63,565 bases of DNA, filler included, from Trypethelium eluteriae (GCA_051942245.1; 4 parts of 4 records of this genome joined end to end with filler, not necessarily neighbours in it), one strand, 5' to 3'. Positions 49,456 through 62,013 are shown, numbered from the whole stretch's first letter. The notes: generated from the letters alone by a model not told the origin. Numbers and translations are program-made.

Positions 49456-50958
49456 TCAATTCATCAAGAAAGGCCAAGTAAGCCATCCCTCACCTCGAAG
49501 ACCTTTCCATACAGATATAGGCATAGGCCAGACACGCCAGTAACCCAGCTGTCTGCCTGCTTCACCGATCAAGGGCAAACATATGGTGAACCATACAATT
49601 ACCCATATGAAGTTGAGCGTTATCCTCAAACGTAACCCATTGCCTGCCTGCCACTGATTTAGGCCCATATTCGATGCTATTGCGCGTGCAGTAGCAACTT
49701 CCACGAGCATAGCAATTGGCTGGACCCAAAAGAAGCCCGCTACAAGCAAGCGCACACTATTGACGGGCACAGTAGCGTGCGGCGGCTCAGGCGGCACAAG
49801 ACCCATATGCACGATACCACTCAGACCAAAGGCGACTAGAGTGATGATTGCGTATCTCCACAAGCCATCTCGTCGGAGCTTTAGCCAACTCGCAAGAGCA
49901 TATCCCGGACCGGAGACGGAGAAACGCATCGTCTGATGCCAGTATTGACCCCAGAAGCCCCGTACGCCATGATGCAAAATAGTACCTGGGGAACCAAAGT
50001 AAGGGGGCCAATTGTGAGGTGACCACTCATCGGTAATCCACCCCAGAGAATGCAAAAGGACGGGGAGCAGGCACGGCAAGTAGAACATTTGACTGATGAG
50101 GGCCCAGGCTTGAGCGCCGATTATCATGGTGCGGAAGAGCTGCGGAGGTACAAGTGAACGGAACAGGCTTGGGAGATGGGGTGGAAGAGGTGCATTAATT
50201 GGGACTGACGGGTTTCCCTTAGTCGTAACGAAATAGGAATCGGTGCTAATGTAGGCACGCGTTAAATCGAGGACGAGATAGCCGCGGATAAAGCTGATGA
50301 TGCTGTAGATAAGAAAGCTTCCCCGCGATTTGAAAGCTGGTGGTGCGGGCTGGGACCGGTCGTGAGAGTATGATCCGATCTTCCAATTATTGAGACGAAT
50401 GGACACGAGGAGGGTCCCGACCCACGGTAGGCGCTGCCACAACGACCCTGGATACGACTGTTCTTCTATTTCACACGAGTCCTCTCCTTCATCACTTGAG
50501 GGAGCAGATGAAGCGGGCTCATCATCTCCAGGACCTTCAATAAGAGCAGTCTGCTCCCCTATGTGGCTGTTCGCTTTGACAGCTGGAATTCCAGTAGGTA
50601 CCTCTGGTAGGGATTCTGTGGAAAATGTGGCTTGATGGATCCGTCCAGAGCTTGGTCGTGACTGTGGATTGACAATTCGTCTAAAGTCCGTCCAGGGGTC
50701 ATTCAAAGCGAGCAAGAATAGGCACCACAATGGCACGTCAACGCTTATAACGTCAGGCCCGCCAATACTGTACCAGGCGTGTATGCTAGCCGCAAGAATG
50801 ATAGGCATGAAAATGAATATACTATGCCGTCTTGATAGGATTGAGCGAGGAATCAGAAGGGCAATTGGTAGGAGAAGTAAGGAGACAAAGTAGGACAGAC
50901 TTTGCGGACCGGGAACGACATGGTGAGTGAGGTAATGATAATCAAGATCGATGCGCAT
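49456..50958 (-). CDS. Membrane-bound O-acyltransferase (MBOAT_2 / wax synthase / Tri7-like)
   Basis: Intronless multi-TM protein with motifs WPPYFGSP, RGFWGQYWHQ and AFGLSGIVH. First ATG at 50958. Confidence 0.85.
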   Translation of the reverse strand: MRIDLDYHYLTHHVVPGPQSLSYFVSLLLLPIALLIPRSILSRRHSIFIFMPIILAASIHAWYSIGGPDVISVDVPLWCLFLLALNDPWTDFRRIVNPQSRPSSGRIHQATFSTESLPEVPTGIPAVKANSHIGEQTALIEGPGDDEPASSAPSSDEGEDSCEIEEQSYPGSLWQRLPWVGTLLVSIRLNNWKIGSYSHDRSQPAPPAFKSRGSFLIYSIISFIRGYLVLDLTRAYISTDSYFVTTKGNPSVPINAPLPPHLPSLFRSLVPPQLFRTMIIGAQAWALISQMFYLPCLLPVLLHSLGWITDEWSPHNWPPYFGSPGTILHHGVRGFWGQYWHQTMRFSVSGPGYALASWLKLRRDGLWRYAIITLVAFGLSGIVHMGLVPPEPPHATVPVNSVRLLVAGFFWVQPIAMLVEVATARAIASNMGLNQWQAGNGLRLRITLNFIWVIVWFTICLPLIGEAGRQLGYWRVWPMPISVWKGLRGEGWLTWPFLMN

Positions 50959-51350
50959 ACTTGAGCTCGGAAACAACACTGTACGAAACCGATCAAACGG
51001 AGAGCGCAGCGTGAAGAGCGAACATGTACAGCACGGTCGACTTCGCGTTGCAAGCTAGTAACGGCAGGTGCATCGTTGACGTCATTCCAGAACGTCAGAA
51101 AAGGAATGGCACGCCCATGATGTCGTTCATGATGAGGCTTGCAGTTCTCAAACAGACCTTTCCATTAGACACGCATATCTTGATGTAGCCTATGTGGCAG
51201 TACGAATGCTTGGAACGGTTTGACGTCGCGAGCTGAGTGGGGGAACATCAGGACATTCAGCAGGACTATTTAGCTGGCGGAAGTGACGAGTCTCTTGGCA
51301 CGCCCTTGGGACACGCCATATTCTTTTCCGGCGATCGACATCGTCGTAAT

Positions 51351-51508
51351 GAGAGTTAGAATCCGACCCAGTTTACAGAAATAATCTGCGAGATGACAGA
51401 AAAAAACACGATGCTTAACCATGTGCATCAAAACCCCTTTATATTCCACACTGCTGTTCTTGGATGTTGCTACAGCACTGATTATTAAATATACGAGACG
51501 AGTATCAC
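51351..51508 (+). repeat. Direct repeat copy 2
   Basis: Copy of 48782-48934, differing mostly by transitions plus a 5-bp ACGAG duplication. Confidence 0.9.
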
Positions 51509-51560
51509 ACCTCCAGCCTTGATGCGGCCGACCAACGCTTCTTGTTCTACTTCTCAGTGT

Positions 51561-54089
51561 TTAGAATATATTATCAAAGGAAAGGAGGGCCGAAACGGAT
51601 ACTGCAATTATTATTAGAGTAGGAGGAACCAGAAAGCTTGAGCCGCTGTTCTGAGCGCCGGACTGGGAAGTTCTTGGGGGACTGGCCGTGGCGGTAGGCT
51701 GAGCGCTTTTTGATGTTGTGGAACTAGTCAGATTGGTGGATGAAGAGTTCCCCGATGAAGGACCAGTATTATGACCAATCGTTCCGTTGATGCAGAAGCC
51801 GGTCCCAGCTCGAGCGATGCCATTTGCAATACGAGACCACGTGTATTCGACGCTGGACATGTCTTTCGGCATGTAGAAGAATCGGCAATCGGCATTTGGA
51901 CTTCGTGTGAATTGTAGGGGGGTGCTCGATGCGTCATCCCGGGCAATATTATCTTTCATATTCATATTGCACTGACTGAGAGACGTTGGCCAGATTGGAG
52001 GGTCGCTCGCGAGAGGGCTTAGAAATTCTTGCCCTTTAGCATCCAGGGCTGAGTCATTTGCTCGCTGGATAGCATCCTGTGCCAATGAAACCTGCTGCTT
52101 GATGTTGGAGACACTGACTACATTGGAGCCTTGAACTCCACCTATCGTGGCTATCGGTTCCCGGTTTGGTCGACCGCCAGCTGTTACCGTCGTCACGTTT
52201 CCTTGTTTGATCAAAAGATTAGAGAAAGTGGCGCAAGTGGACGAACAAGCCCCATCGGTCAGCTATACATCTGATTAGCACATGTACTGCAGATGACGAC
52301 AATATGGGTATCAAGAGATATGACGGGGTGCATATGCCATCGGGATACTTGACTCGTTAGGTCAAGCTGCTTTCACTTACTAGAACGATGTCTGATCCTT
52401 CGAAGACTTGTGGCGGAAGATTGGATCTATTTCCATAACCGCTGACGACAAGGGGTGCAGTATATGTGAAGTCCGACAATTGCCAAGAGCCCACGTGAGT
52501 GAAGTTATCATTATGTATTTGGAGAGGGCCATAGAAGTCAGCCCAAGACGAGTATTGAGGACCATCAGGAGATCTGAGGTAACCTCCGTAGTAATAGGCG
52601 AACCAATCACCCCCGCCATATTGTTGTGCTAGGAGTGTGGGATCTTGGAGATCCTGTTCTATAAAATTGGTCACTGTTTGAGAGAACTCTTGGCCCAGGA
52701 AATTTCCGGCCTCGAAAGCCCTGATACGGTTTCCGGAATAGGGTGTGAGGGTGGGAAAAAGTTGTTTGAAAGTGTCGAAACCTTGAGAAATCCTACCCCC
52801 TCCATTCTGACGGACATCAATGATCAGGCGCTTTTTTTGGCTGCTTCGACAAGCAGCAAGAAAGTTCTGGACAGCGGCTTGAAAGATGAGGGCATCGTTG
52901 CTTGATTGGGTGTCGAAGCTCGTAATCGAAAGCACAGCGGTATCCGAAGACGCCGTATCCGTAAGGAAATAACCCGAAACATATCCTTGTGGATGGGAAG
53001 TTCCTCGAACAGGCACCGGATATCCAACGAAAGGAGTCGGCATAGAGGAAGAAGATGGCGTCAATGCGCGTTTTGATGGGGGTGAGGGCGGAGGCGAATT
53101 CAGAAGATACATCTGAGCAAGCTCTTGACCACTGCTGAAATTAAGATTGGCTTTACTTATGGCGATATTCGGAACATGAATTGTCGTATGGTTCTCAAAC
53201 GTATAGCTTGTAGTATCATTGTGATGAAAGGACGGCGACTGAAGGAATGACCCGAGGTTTGGTCCTGGGTCTGAGCCCGCACTAGGTGCAAGTACGGGGA
53301 CAAAAAACATAGAGTTGTACAATGCATCGTAGTCTTGAAAGCTGCTTGAATTTGCAGCAAGCGCTAGTATATGCTGTGTAACATCCTCACCATCGATCAA
53401 CGAAACAGCTGAGGGATGGAAAGAGGCATTCCCATTGTAAGCCTGAAGGTCGGCTAAGAAGTGGACTGCGTTAGCAAACACTCTTGGCACCAGCCAGGAC
53501 ATCTCTGTGACTCACAAGAGAAGTATACCTTGGGCTCTTCTATACCATCAAAGGATACGGACACAAGCGTGACAGTGCGATTAACGTTGAACTGATTAAG
53601 AAGCCAGGATGGATAACTGAAATGACCGTCCAGGGCGCTGGCAACGAGCCTGTATATGTCAAGCTCGAAGTCGTACATATTTTGGTATTTGCCAGATGCT
53701 GCATTGCTTGAGATCAGGTCGAGCCCTCCCATAATATCCGTGGCGGGCGGGGCATAGGCTGGTGGAGGATCTTTCAGGTATGCCAAAGTACTTTGAAATT
53801 GCCAAAAATTCTTGATCCATTGGATTTGTTGGACAGCGATCGTATTGTCTATAGGAACATTCTGTTGGCATGCGTACATTTCCGATGGTATCAATGTAGG
53901 GTTGACTGCTTAAAAATGTCAGCTCTCTTACATGATTTGAGCGGTCATTGACTCACCCTCTGCTTTTTGCTGCTCTTCATATTTCCGAGAAAGTGCTGCA
54001 CATGGATTTAAGGAACTGGAGTCGTTTATAGATGCAACATTTGTAGCAGCTATCGAAGAAGATAACAGCAGCAATAAGATCAATCGCAT
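51561..54089 (-). CDS. Secreted, probably GPI-anchored peptidase S41 (CPAF-like)
   Basis: Signal peptide MRLILLLLLSSSIAA; introns at 53956-53909, 53515-53454 and 52380-52263. Motifs are LDGHF, IIDVRQNGGG and LTDGACSSTC. It ends in a Ser/Thr-rich stalk and a hydrophobic tail. Confidence 0.85.
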
Positions 54090-55635
54090 GGTGATGAGCA
54101 GTGAGTAGAGCACAAAAGAATGGCAACAGGAAATGGATGATTAAAGGATAGAAGCAGGAATTGCATTTCTCATATAGACGGACTTCACACTTCAGAATCT
54201 GCCATTCCCGACATGGTGGGAAAGCTCGAATCGCCTGTCTGTGGGTTACTGGAATAGCAATCATGCGGTCCCGGTCAACGTTACGGTTCCGGTCTATCTA
54301 CGGCTTCACGTCCACATAGCCTTCATAGCGAGGGCTTCGACCTTGGTTTGCTGCGCAGCTGTGGACGCCTAATCAGCTCCGTTGATGAGATACCGGTGTG
54401 TTCCTTCAGTGGAACGCCCGGTGAGCAATCATGTGTTGCATCCCCAACACAAGGTTGACGAGCACACCTGGGCATCAAAATACTGGATTTAGAAGAAATT
54501 GTTTCCCGAAACTGGCAATTCTTAAATTCCTTTCTATGAGGCTGGATGTGCAATGTGAGCGGATCAGTGACAGACTTTAGTCGTTAGAATGGCGCTGCCA
54601 ACATTGAGGGTGATGGGAGGACAAGTGTGCTCGGCAAGAAGAAAGATTTCTCGCGTGGTTCTACGCCGATAGCTCTCAAGGTTGTTACGACGGGTACATT
54701 GACGCGTGGCATGACTAAGGTGCTATACAACGGAGTAGCCTGGGAAAGCAGGTTCTACTCGTTTCAGAGTCAGGTTGAGAGCCTTACCTAATAGGAATAA
54801 AGCTGAACCCGAGCGAGAAGCCCTGGAATGGTCCATATCCCAGCTGGCTTGTTCTCTGAAATCGACTCTTATCGACTCTTACCGTAGGTAATCATTTTGC
54901 GGTACTGGTTGGCTACTTGGACCCCATATTTGGATCGGCTTCGGCCCAAAACAAAGTCGTTCCGCCGGTGCGAAGATCCAATCTTATCTATACAAGGAAG
55001 ACACCGGTTAGGAAGAGGGTTGGCTGGAATCCTTTTTTTTTACCTTTGCTCGACCTCTTCTAAGAAGCCATAGCATCCCACTGTGGTACGCCGTATGCCA
55101 GGGATATCCTTCAGTAGAGAATATCAGTCTCAAGCAGGAATCGACACAGGGATTTTAGCAAATTAAACATGGAGTTTGTGCTTAAGCTCTAAGGGTCTTT
55201 CCTCGCTAGGTAGGGATTGATGACTGCAGAATGAGAGCGTACTGATTCACGTTGGAGATGTAGAATGCATTCAGTTGGTGTGTTCCGTTTGCCAGCAGCA
55301 TACTCTAGCCGTCTTTCCGTCATGTCCAGAGGCGTCAGATAAACAGGTGGTGGGGCTTCCGTCCGGCTCTGCATCTAACTGGTACCTGATCTGAATAGCA
55401 AATACATTGGGAGACTTATTCCGTCGGAGAAGGTCGCTGAATAGGCCCTAGACTCCTACAGCCATAATGTTAGAATCTAAATCGGAACGGTGTACGCAGC
55501 CAGAAAGTGAGCTCGTAAGGTACGGGACGGGTACCTAGGCGAAGCGAGCACTGTCAGGTAAATAAGCCCAGAGCGGTGGCAGAATCCTCCCTTCATCAAG
55601 CTACAAGTCGACATTAAGTCTGTGCCCCGATCAAA

Positions 55636-56799
55636 ATGTCATCCATAGACGACGAGCTCCTTGCTCGCCTCAATGCCCTCAAGAAATCCCATATCACATT
55701 TGACACATCTCGGGAAAGTTCTACTCCAAAGTCGCACGCTATAACAAAAGATGAAAATGTTGATGATGACCTGAAAGCTCGCTTCCGTCGTCTTGGATCC
55801 TCCTCTAACACCATCGCCAAAAGTCCAATCCCGTTCGAGGATCATGTCACTTCACGGATGAGTATTGGATCTGAAATATCGGCTGAAGAGGCGGGCCACA
55901 ACGAAGAAGACGGGAAGACCTTAGAAGAACTACTCTGTGATCTCGGGCCAGAAGACCAGTGGAGGCTTGGTCCAGGGGATTCGCGGGAGATAAAGGAGCT
56001 TCTTGATGAAGCAAGAAAGGCTCTTTCGTTAGGAGAAACGGAAGCAGCTAGAGATCAAGTGACAGAACATGAGAATGCCGGCTCTTGTCTACCCAGAGTT
56101 GAAGAAGATGGTACACACTTGACTTTGCAGGATGGTGAACAAAATGATTTTGTGAAACACGAATCTCTACAGGATGAGCACGATGCTGGTGTCGTGATTG
56201 CTCAGGCGCTAGCTGCAGTCGATCTCGACGAGCATCATGGAGTCGAAAACGGCCCCGATCCAGATGAAGTCACTAGTATGCCAGCCAATACTACTGATCG
56301 TTTGCATATAGAGGGCCAAAAGCATGACAGACACCAGGACAATGAAGGGTCATTCGAGCTTCCCTCTGCGCCTTCGAATCTATCGAATCCGTCTTCTGAG
56401 TCTCATGCTAGGGTCTCTACATCGCCGGCCGAAGCAAACGCTTCCATCACTGACCTTGCTGCCCGTCTCGCGCGCCTTTCTCCATCGCCATCCTCGTGTC
56501 GCTCTTCATCTTCAGAATTGCCATCAGTTCCTTCCTTTTCCCCAACCCAGAACTCCATCCGGGTCACCAAGTCGAGACTAAGAACGGGACCTAAACAATA
56601 CAGTGAAGCTGAGATCGATAGCTGGTGCATTATATGCTGTGATGATGCTGCCGTGAAGTGTCTGGGCTGCGATGGGGATTTGTACTGCACCAAGTGCTGG
56701 AAAGAAGGGCATAAGGGTGAGAGTGCAGGTTTTGAAGAGAGAATGCACAAGGCCGTCGAGATCAACAGAGATGAACCCCTAACGGGAATGGCTACCTAA
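55636..56799 (+). CDS. ZFYVE19/ANCHR-like B-box protein
   Basis: C-terminal [31 protein letters not shown]-box, with repeated LxARLxxL motifs and no FYVE domain visible. Confidence 0.82.
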   Translation: MSSIDDELLARLNALKKSHITFDTSRESSTPKSHAITKDENVDDDLKARFRRLGSSSNTIAKSPIPFEDHVTSRMSIGSEISAEEAGHNEEDGKTLEELLCDLGPEDQWRLGPGDSREIKELLDEARKALSLGETEAARDQVTEHENAGSCLPRVEEDGTHLTLQDGEQNDFVKHESLQDEHDAGVVIAQALAAVDLDEHHGVENGPDPDEVTSMPANTTDRLHIEGQKHDRHQDNEGSFELPSAPSNLSNPSSESHARVSTSPAEANASITDLAARLARLSPSPSSCRSSSSELPSVPSFSPTQNSIRVTKSRLRTGPKQYSEAEIDSWCIICCDDAAVKCLGCDGDLYCTKCWKEGHKGESAGFEERMHKAVEINRDEPLTGMAT

Positions 56800-57011
56800 A
56801 CGTGAAGTTCCAGAAAAGCACCCACGACATCCCTACTGGGGTTACAGACATTGGTCAAAAATAGAGACACCCAAATATATTGACCATACGGAGTACCAGC
56901 CCAGACAACGCCATGCTTTGAAGTTAATTTAAAATACACCCCTACATGCATATAGTGAAAACGAGGTGTATACTCCTTCATATCCTCCCAAATCCTAGAC
57001 TTCTATGTGGT

Positions 57012-57762
57012 TTATCTCGTGAATAGCCTACTGACCATGTTCCCAGCGAGATTTCTTGCGAGGCCTGTTGAGGAGACCACTCCACCCGCCATGCTAGAGG
57101 CCTGACTAAATTTGTCACACCTAGAAAAGGCAAGAGTATTTGTGATAGTGAGAATTAACGCGATCGCTGCGACCGTTTGTTAGACCCTGTATCCGGATGT
57201 GCATTCCGAGAGAAATTGAGATTGTACTTACCGACCAAGCTCAACCAGATGAACTCAAGCCAGACAATTGCCAGCAAGGCCAAAGCGATCCAGAGCACTG
57301 GCTGCGCATACAATGCCAACCAGAAGAATCTCCTATCTGTGGCATTCTCGGTCCTGCTGCCCTCATCCGCACTCTCGAATACCCAATGGCTATCCCCCGT
57401 TCCCGGATCAACCTCATTCCACCATCGTAGTCCAACAAGACGCCGTCCTGCGATGTTCTTGATGTAGTAGAAGTCGGCAGCGAGGAGAAGGATAGTGATG
57501 ATGAAGATCAGAATGAAGTTGCTCGTAAAGCGCAAGCCGAAGAGGTAGACCAGTAGAGAGGCTACAATGAACGAGATTCAGTCAGCAAATGTATCGGTAG
57601 TGCAGCATGAAGTCGGGATGAAGAGCACAAGACAGTTGAGGTACAAGTTGAGCAGGTTGACGTACATATCCTGAAGCCGAGGAAGAAGATGAGAGTGATC
57701 GGATGACTACTCAGCCGCCATGTGAGTGAGCCTGGCGCTGGATTGTCAAGATTGTTTGCCAT
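57012..57762 (-). CDS. TVP23: Golgi membrane protein Tvp23
   Basis: Introns at 57665-57562 and 57231-57167. Motifs are [28 protein letters not shown] and AFSRCDKF. Confidence 0.92.
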
Positions 57763-58601
57763 GACTGGCGAAGCTGGGCAGAAGGGACCAGTTCAAGTCT
57801 GTCGAGGTGGTACAACTTTGGTAGGTGAAGTCTCGTGTCATCAAACAGTCGGTTGTTTGTTCTTCCGCTGCCACGTTTTCTTGTCTTCCCTGCTGCCACT
57901 CCTGCCTCCGACTCCTGCCTCACCACGCTACCACTCTGCCCCGGACATGCATGGAGTCCAAAGTCGATATGCTTCAACTCTCTCGATTTGCTGAAATGCA
58001 ATCTAATCATAAAGACGTGGTCGACTCACTGAAATGGGGTCTGTCAATTGCAGGAAAGCTCTCCGACACCATCTTGTTCTAATTGTCCCTTACTAGAGTT
58101 GCATTGAACAAGCTCTGTAGCTTGCTGGGGTAGGATGTCTGAATCTTCGTTTTGAATCTGCTTTTCTTTGCCGAAACTCAGCGCGCTTTAGAATAATTCT
58201 TTTCTCGACTCATGAGACCCCAATTGAAATTGTATTTGCCGACAGTTGATATCGACATTTTCATTCTATTTAATGACTACAAACTACTGAAACATGTATC
58301 TCTCTTTTCGTAATTTGACAATCATCTCTAATTTCCCTCTTGCCAATGATTTACATTGGCACCCATTCACCACTGTATCCTTTAGGCTAAGGGAGTATCC
58401 ACACCATTCTTCTACATGATATGGCAAACAATTCACATCAGAGCTGACATCAACATCTTCCCGACTTCGGAATTATGGCAATGACAAATAGCAGAGGCTA
58501 TGAGAAGTATTGTGCTTGGCACCCCAGCTAAGTTGCTCATAATGTGCTTTTCTGTCTTTTCTCCTTACGATGGCCATTTGACTTATTGAAGTATATTAAG
58601 A

Positions 58602-59696
58602 TTACCTGAGTCCTGGTGTCTCATCTATCCTCACAACAAGTTTCTGGGCATGGGCTTTCCCCTCTCTCAGAGTTTTCAGAGCCTTTTCTATACCTTGCAA
58701 GCCGCCCTCAATGACTGTTGGTGGATGGGGTTGGATGCGGCCTTCTCGGAACCATTTTCCCACCAAGTTCGCATGGACGAGGCCAAAGTCATCACCTGAA
58801 TCAAATCCCATTCTACCGTGCGCTCCATCGTTCTTGAATCCTTCCCACAGTCCTCCCGCCATGGTCGAATTCTTCTCGAATCCATCAGGGACTTCATGGA
58901 TATTGAAAGGTAAAACAATGCTGATGCGCCCACCCGGCTCCAGCACCTTACATGCATTTGCGGACGACCCTTTCTCGCTTACACAATCAAACACGACTGA
59001 GAGTTCGCGCCCTCTGAGCGCCTTCTTCAGCTCCTCGACGAGCTTCTCATCGCCCTGGCGATAGTCAACAACCACGTCTCCCTTGCTCTCATCGATCAAG
59101 CCCTCGACGAATGCGATGCCGCTCCCCGCAACGCATATCAAGGGATGGATGTCGGCCAAGACACAAAGCCTCACCGCAGCAGCGCCCACACTACCAGCCG
59201 CACCATATATCAACACTGGCTGCTCCCTTTTTCCCGTCCCCGTCTCGGACGGCTGCCGCTGCCAAGGCAACGGTAGCCTCAACATCGTGAACAAGCCGAT
59301 ACTTGCCATCATATTCGCCATCGGCACCGTTGCCGCCTCTTCAAAGCTACGGTCCCCGATATGGAACGTTGTGTGGTCCCACACAAGTGAGTACTCGGCA
59401 TAGCTGCCATGGGGTGCGCCTAACTGGTGCAGAGCCGCGACGCGGTCGCCGGGTCGGAAGTTATAGACGGCAGAACCGACGGCGTGTACAATGCCAGCAA
59501 TGTCGTCGCCTGAGTTAGGGCAGTCGCCGATGCTGACCAGGAGGCCGGCAGGCATCTTCCAGTCTTTGGGATTGCAGCCTGAAACGACGACTTTAATGAT
59601 GATGTGATGAGGGTTTGTGATCTGAGGCATAGGAACTTCATGGATCGTGACGTTCGTATTCTCGTCGATGTGTGCTTCCTTCATTGTTTGGGCCAT
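58602..59696 (-). CDS. Zinc-independent MDR oxidoreductase (trans-enoyl/quinone reductase, LovC-like)
   Basis: Intronless 364 aa with NPKDWK, GDDIAG and the nucleotide-binding YGAAGSVG. No catalytic Zn ligand set is present. Confidence 0.87.
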   Translation of the reverse strand: MAQTMKEAHIDENTNVTIHEVPMPQITNPHHIIIKVVVSGCNPKDWKMPAGLLVSIGDCPNSGDDIAGIVHAVGSAVYNFRPGDRVAALHQLGAPHGSYAEYSLVWDHTTFHIGDRSFEEAATVPMANMMASIGLFTMLRLPLPWQRQPSETGTGKREQPVLIYGAAGSVGAAAVRLCVLADIHPLICVAGSGIAFVEGLIDESKGDVVVDYRQGDEKLVEELKKALRGRELSVVFDCVSEKGSSANACKVLEPGGRISIVLPFNIHEVPDGFEKNSTMAGGLWEGFKNDGAHGRMGFDSGDDFGLVHANLVGKWFREGRIQPHPPTVIEGGLQGIEKALKTLREGKAHAQKLVVRIDETPGLR

Positions 59697-60727
59697 GGTA
59701 GTGGAAGATTGAATCGTCCCTTGTTCTAGAACGAAATGGACGTGGCGTCTGGCGCGATACGTCCAATTATCCGTTAAATTTCCAGTGTCAGGACTGGAAA
59801 TTTGAGTTGGCTTAAGAATTGCAGTGACTCTGGAGAATTGCCTTGGGTGCTTTTTAATATAGTCTCACACTTGTGACAACCCCCTTCGGCCGCCAATGGC
59901 GGTATTTGGTTCACAAACCAATATCAGGGTATCCATGGCCGAAGTACCGCGTCGTCGGGCATTGTTATCCGGTTTGATCGAGGCGAATATCGTCATTATA
60001 CTGCTAAACCCCTGATGCCCTCGCCGTGCCCTGGGTTTCTACCTTACATAAACAATCTCAGGCAATCAGCTTGCATATGCACGAACGCCACTCCCCGCAC
60101 ACCTGCATAGGGCCTTGTTCTTATCCTCTATCGCCAAATCTTAGTGCCGTGATGTACCAATGAAAATACTGGGTATTCTGCTTGAGTAGCCATTTGAATG
60201 GATGGTTCAGAATGCTAAAGATCTTTTTTCCTGGGACTACAAGCCTCCATCTTTGTGCATTCGACGGTGCCAAGTAGCCACCAGAAGGGACACCATTACA
60301 CCAACCCATGGTCCTCCAAGCTCCGTTCAACACTTCCGAAGCGGATTAAAGGGTGGACTTCACCTATGCTGGGAAAGTTTATTAAATAGCTCCGACTTTC
60401 GTATTTGAGCCGGAACGCCTTGCCCACGTAACGTAGCTTACGGCAGATCACAAATCGTTTCCAGACTCATTTTCTGGTATACTTAGGAAAGTCTCCTGCA
60501 TCATTCTGTAGTAGGTTACAAGGAAATTGCACGTTCAGCGCAACCTATCGTACACAAAGTACTAGGGTTAAAAGGCACTCACATCCCTCCGATAACCTTC
60601 TAGAAAACCGTCAGCATTTGCTTGAAAACGTTTTCTGGGCTTCCTTTCTAAACTGCCTTACTTCCACCTCTACATTCATTGATCAAAGATAAAATCGTCT
60701 GGATTTTCCCCGAATCCTTCCTCGATA

Positions 60728-61496
60728 ATGCAAAACGTGAATGATGTTCCTCCAATCGAGGTTGACCTCAAAGCCCATCCGACGGCGCAGAAACTTGTAG
60801 ATACTTGTCGCGAGTTCTTTTCTGAGGTGGAAGACCTGTGAGTGACCCATAACCTGCCTCCTTTATCGCCCATACTGCCCTCTATCATATGCCGTATAAA
60901 CCACACTGGACTGGAACTCATCTTTCCATTAGAACACCTGGCCATGACCTCGAAAACTACCTTAACAAAAATTACGGACCTGGCAATAACCTCTACGAAG
61001 GTATGTGCTCGCTTACCAGACAAGGACTTTCAGAGGGCTGGGTTGCCAATATCGAACTCGATGGCAAGAGGTATCGCCGAAGCAAGATTCTCTTGCCCTC
61101 TGATGAAAACCGATACTTTAGCATCACAACGGTGTTCATGGAAAGCAGTGATGAGTACTCCGGCCAGTATCACTCTCATCCGTATGGCGAGATCAACTGT
61201 GTCGTCCAGCTTGATAAGACAGCTGAGCTCAAAGGAATGCAGGGCTGGCAGGGAGCAGGTTGGACAAGTCCTGGACCGGGAACACACCAGTAAGTGCCTC
61301 AGAGCCATGGAGCAGACCCGAAAACACCCACGAATGTAGTCTCCAGAGCGAGGGAGAGTAAACGAGACAAAGACCGCTGACATAGTATAGCTACCCTCAA
61401 GTAAGGAAAGGAGCATTGATTGCGCTGTTCTTTTTGCCGGCCGGCAGAATCAGCTACAAGAAGAGCCCGGGAGATCCTCAACCCCCATATTTGTAG
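60728..61496 (+). CDS. 4-hydroxylaminobenzoate lyase PnbB-like protein (DUF4863, cupin-like)
   Basis: Introns at 60838-60932 and 61290-61390. The spliced product has EGWVAN, GQYHSHPYGEIN and GAGWTSPGPGTHHYPQVRKGALIALFFLPAGRISY, recognised from memory as the PnbB family pattern. Confidence 0.8.
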
Positions 61497-62013
61497 TACC
61501 ACAAGCATCTGTATGGAGTAAATGGTTCTGGAATCCAACCAGAAGGCCTGAATGGAACGGAGACTAGAGATAGCTAGCGAGGAACTACGTTCAATAACAA
61601 GATGCACACATGCGTGTAGAGTTGTGGATTTTACACGCATTGAAGGTTCGAATACTCAAAAGTCTCGTACGTAAGCGTACACGTAGTGTAATACAGCAAC
61701 GTGGTTCTTTGTGTTTCAAAAATTACGACCCTCCTGGATCAGGGGCATGGCCGGGACAGAGCTGGCCCCGTAGCCTCGCCCGTGTCGCCAACCAAAGGCT
61801 GTGACGCGTTTTGTTTGGTGAACTTTGACGACGAGCACAGCTTATTTCTCAAACATTACGCCCCAAGCAGAAGACCGCCAATGCCGAGCCTACCCAACTT
61901 ATTTTACAACTGTTCTTGAAGGACGCAAGAACTCGTCTACCTGGAGGGTAACTCCGTAGACCGACTCTGCCAAGACCAGTCCCTCTAGCGGATATGGTTC
62001 CAGAGCTCCTGCG

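Noticed and set aside
47813..61496. Secondary-metabolite gene cluster (MBOAT, S41, enoyl reductase)
   Set aside because: There is no PKS, NRPS or terpene synthase and no cluster regulator, and housekeeping genes are interspersed.
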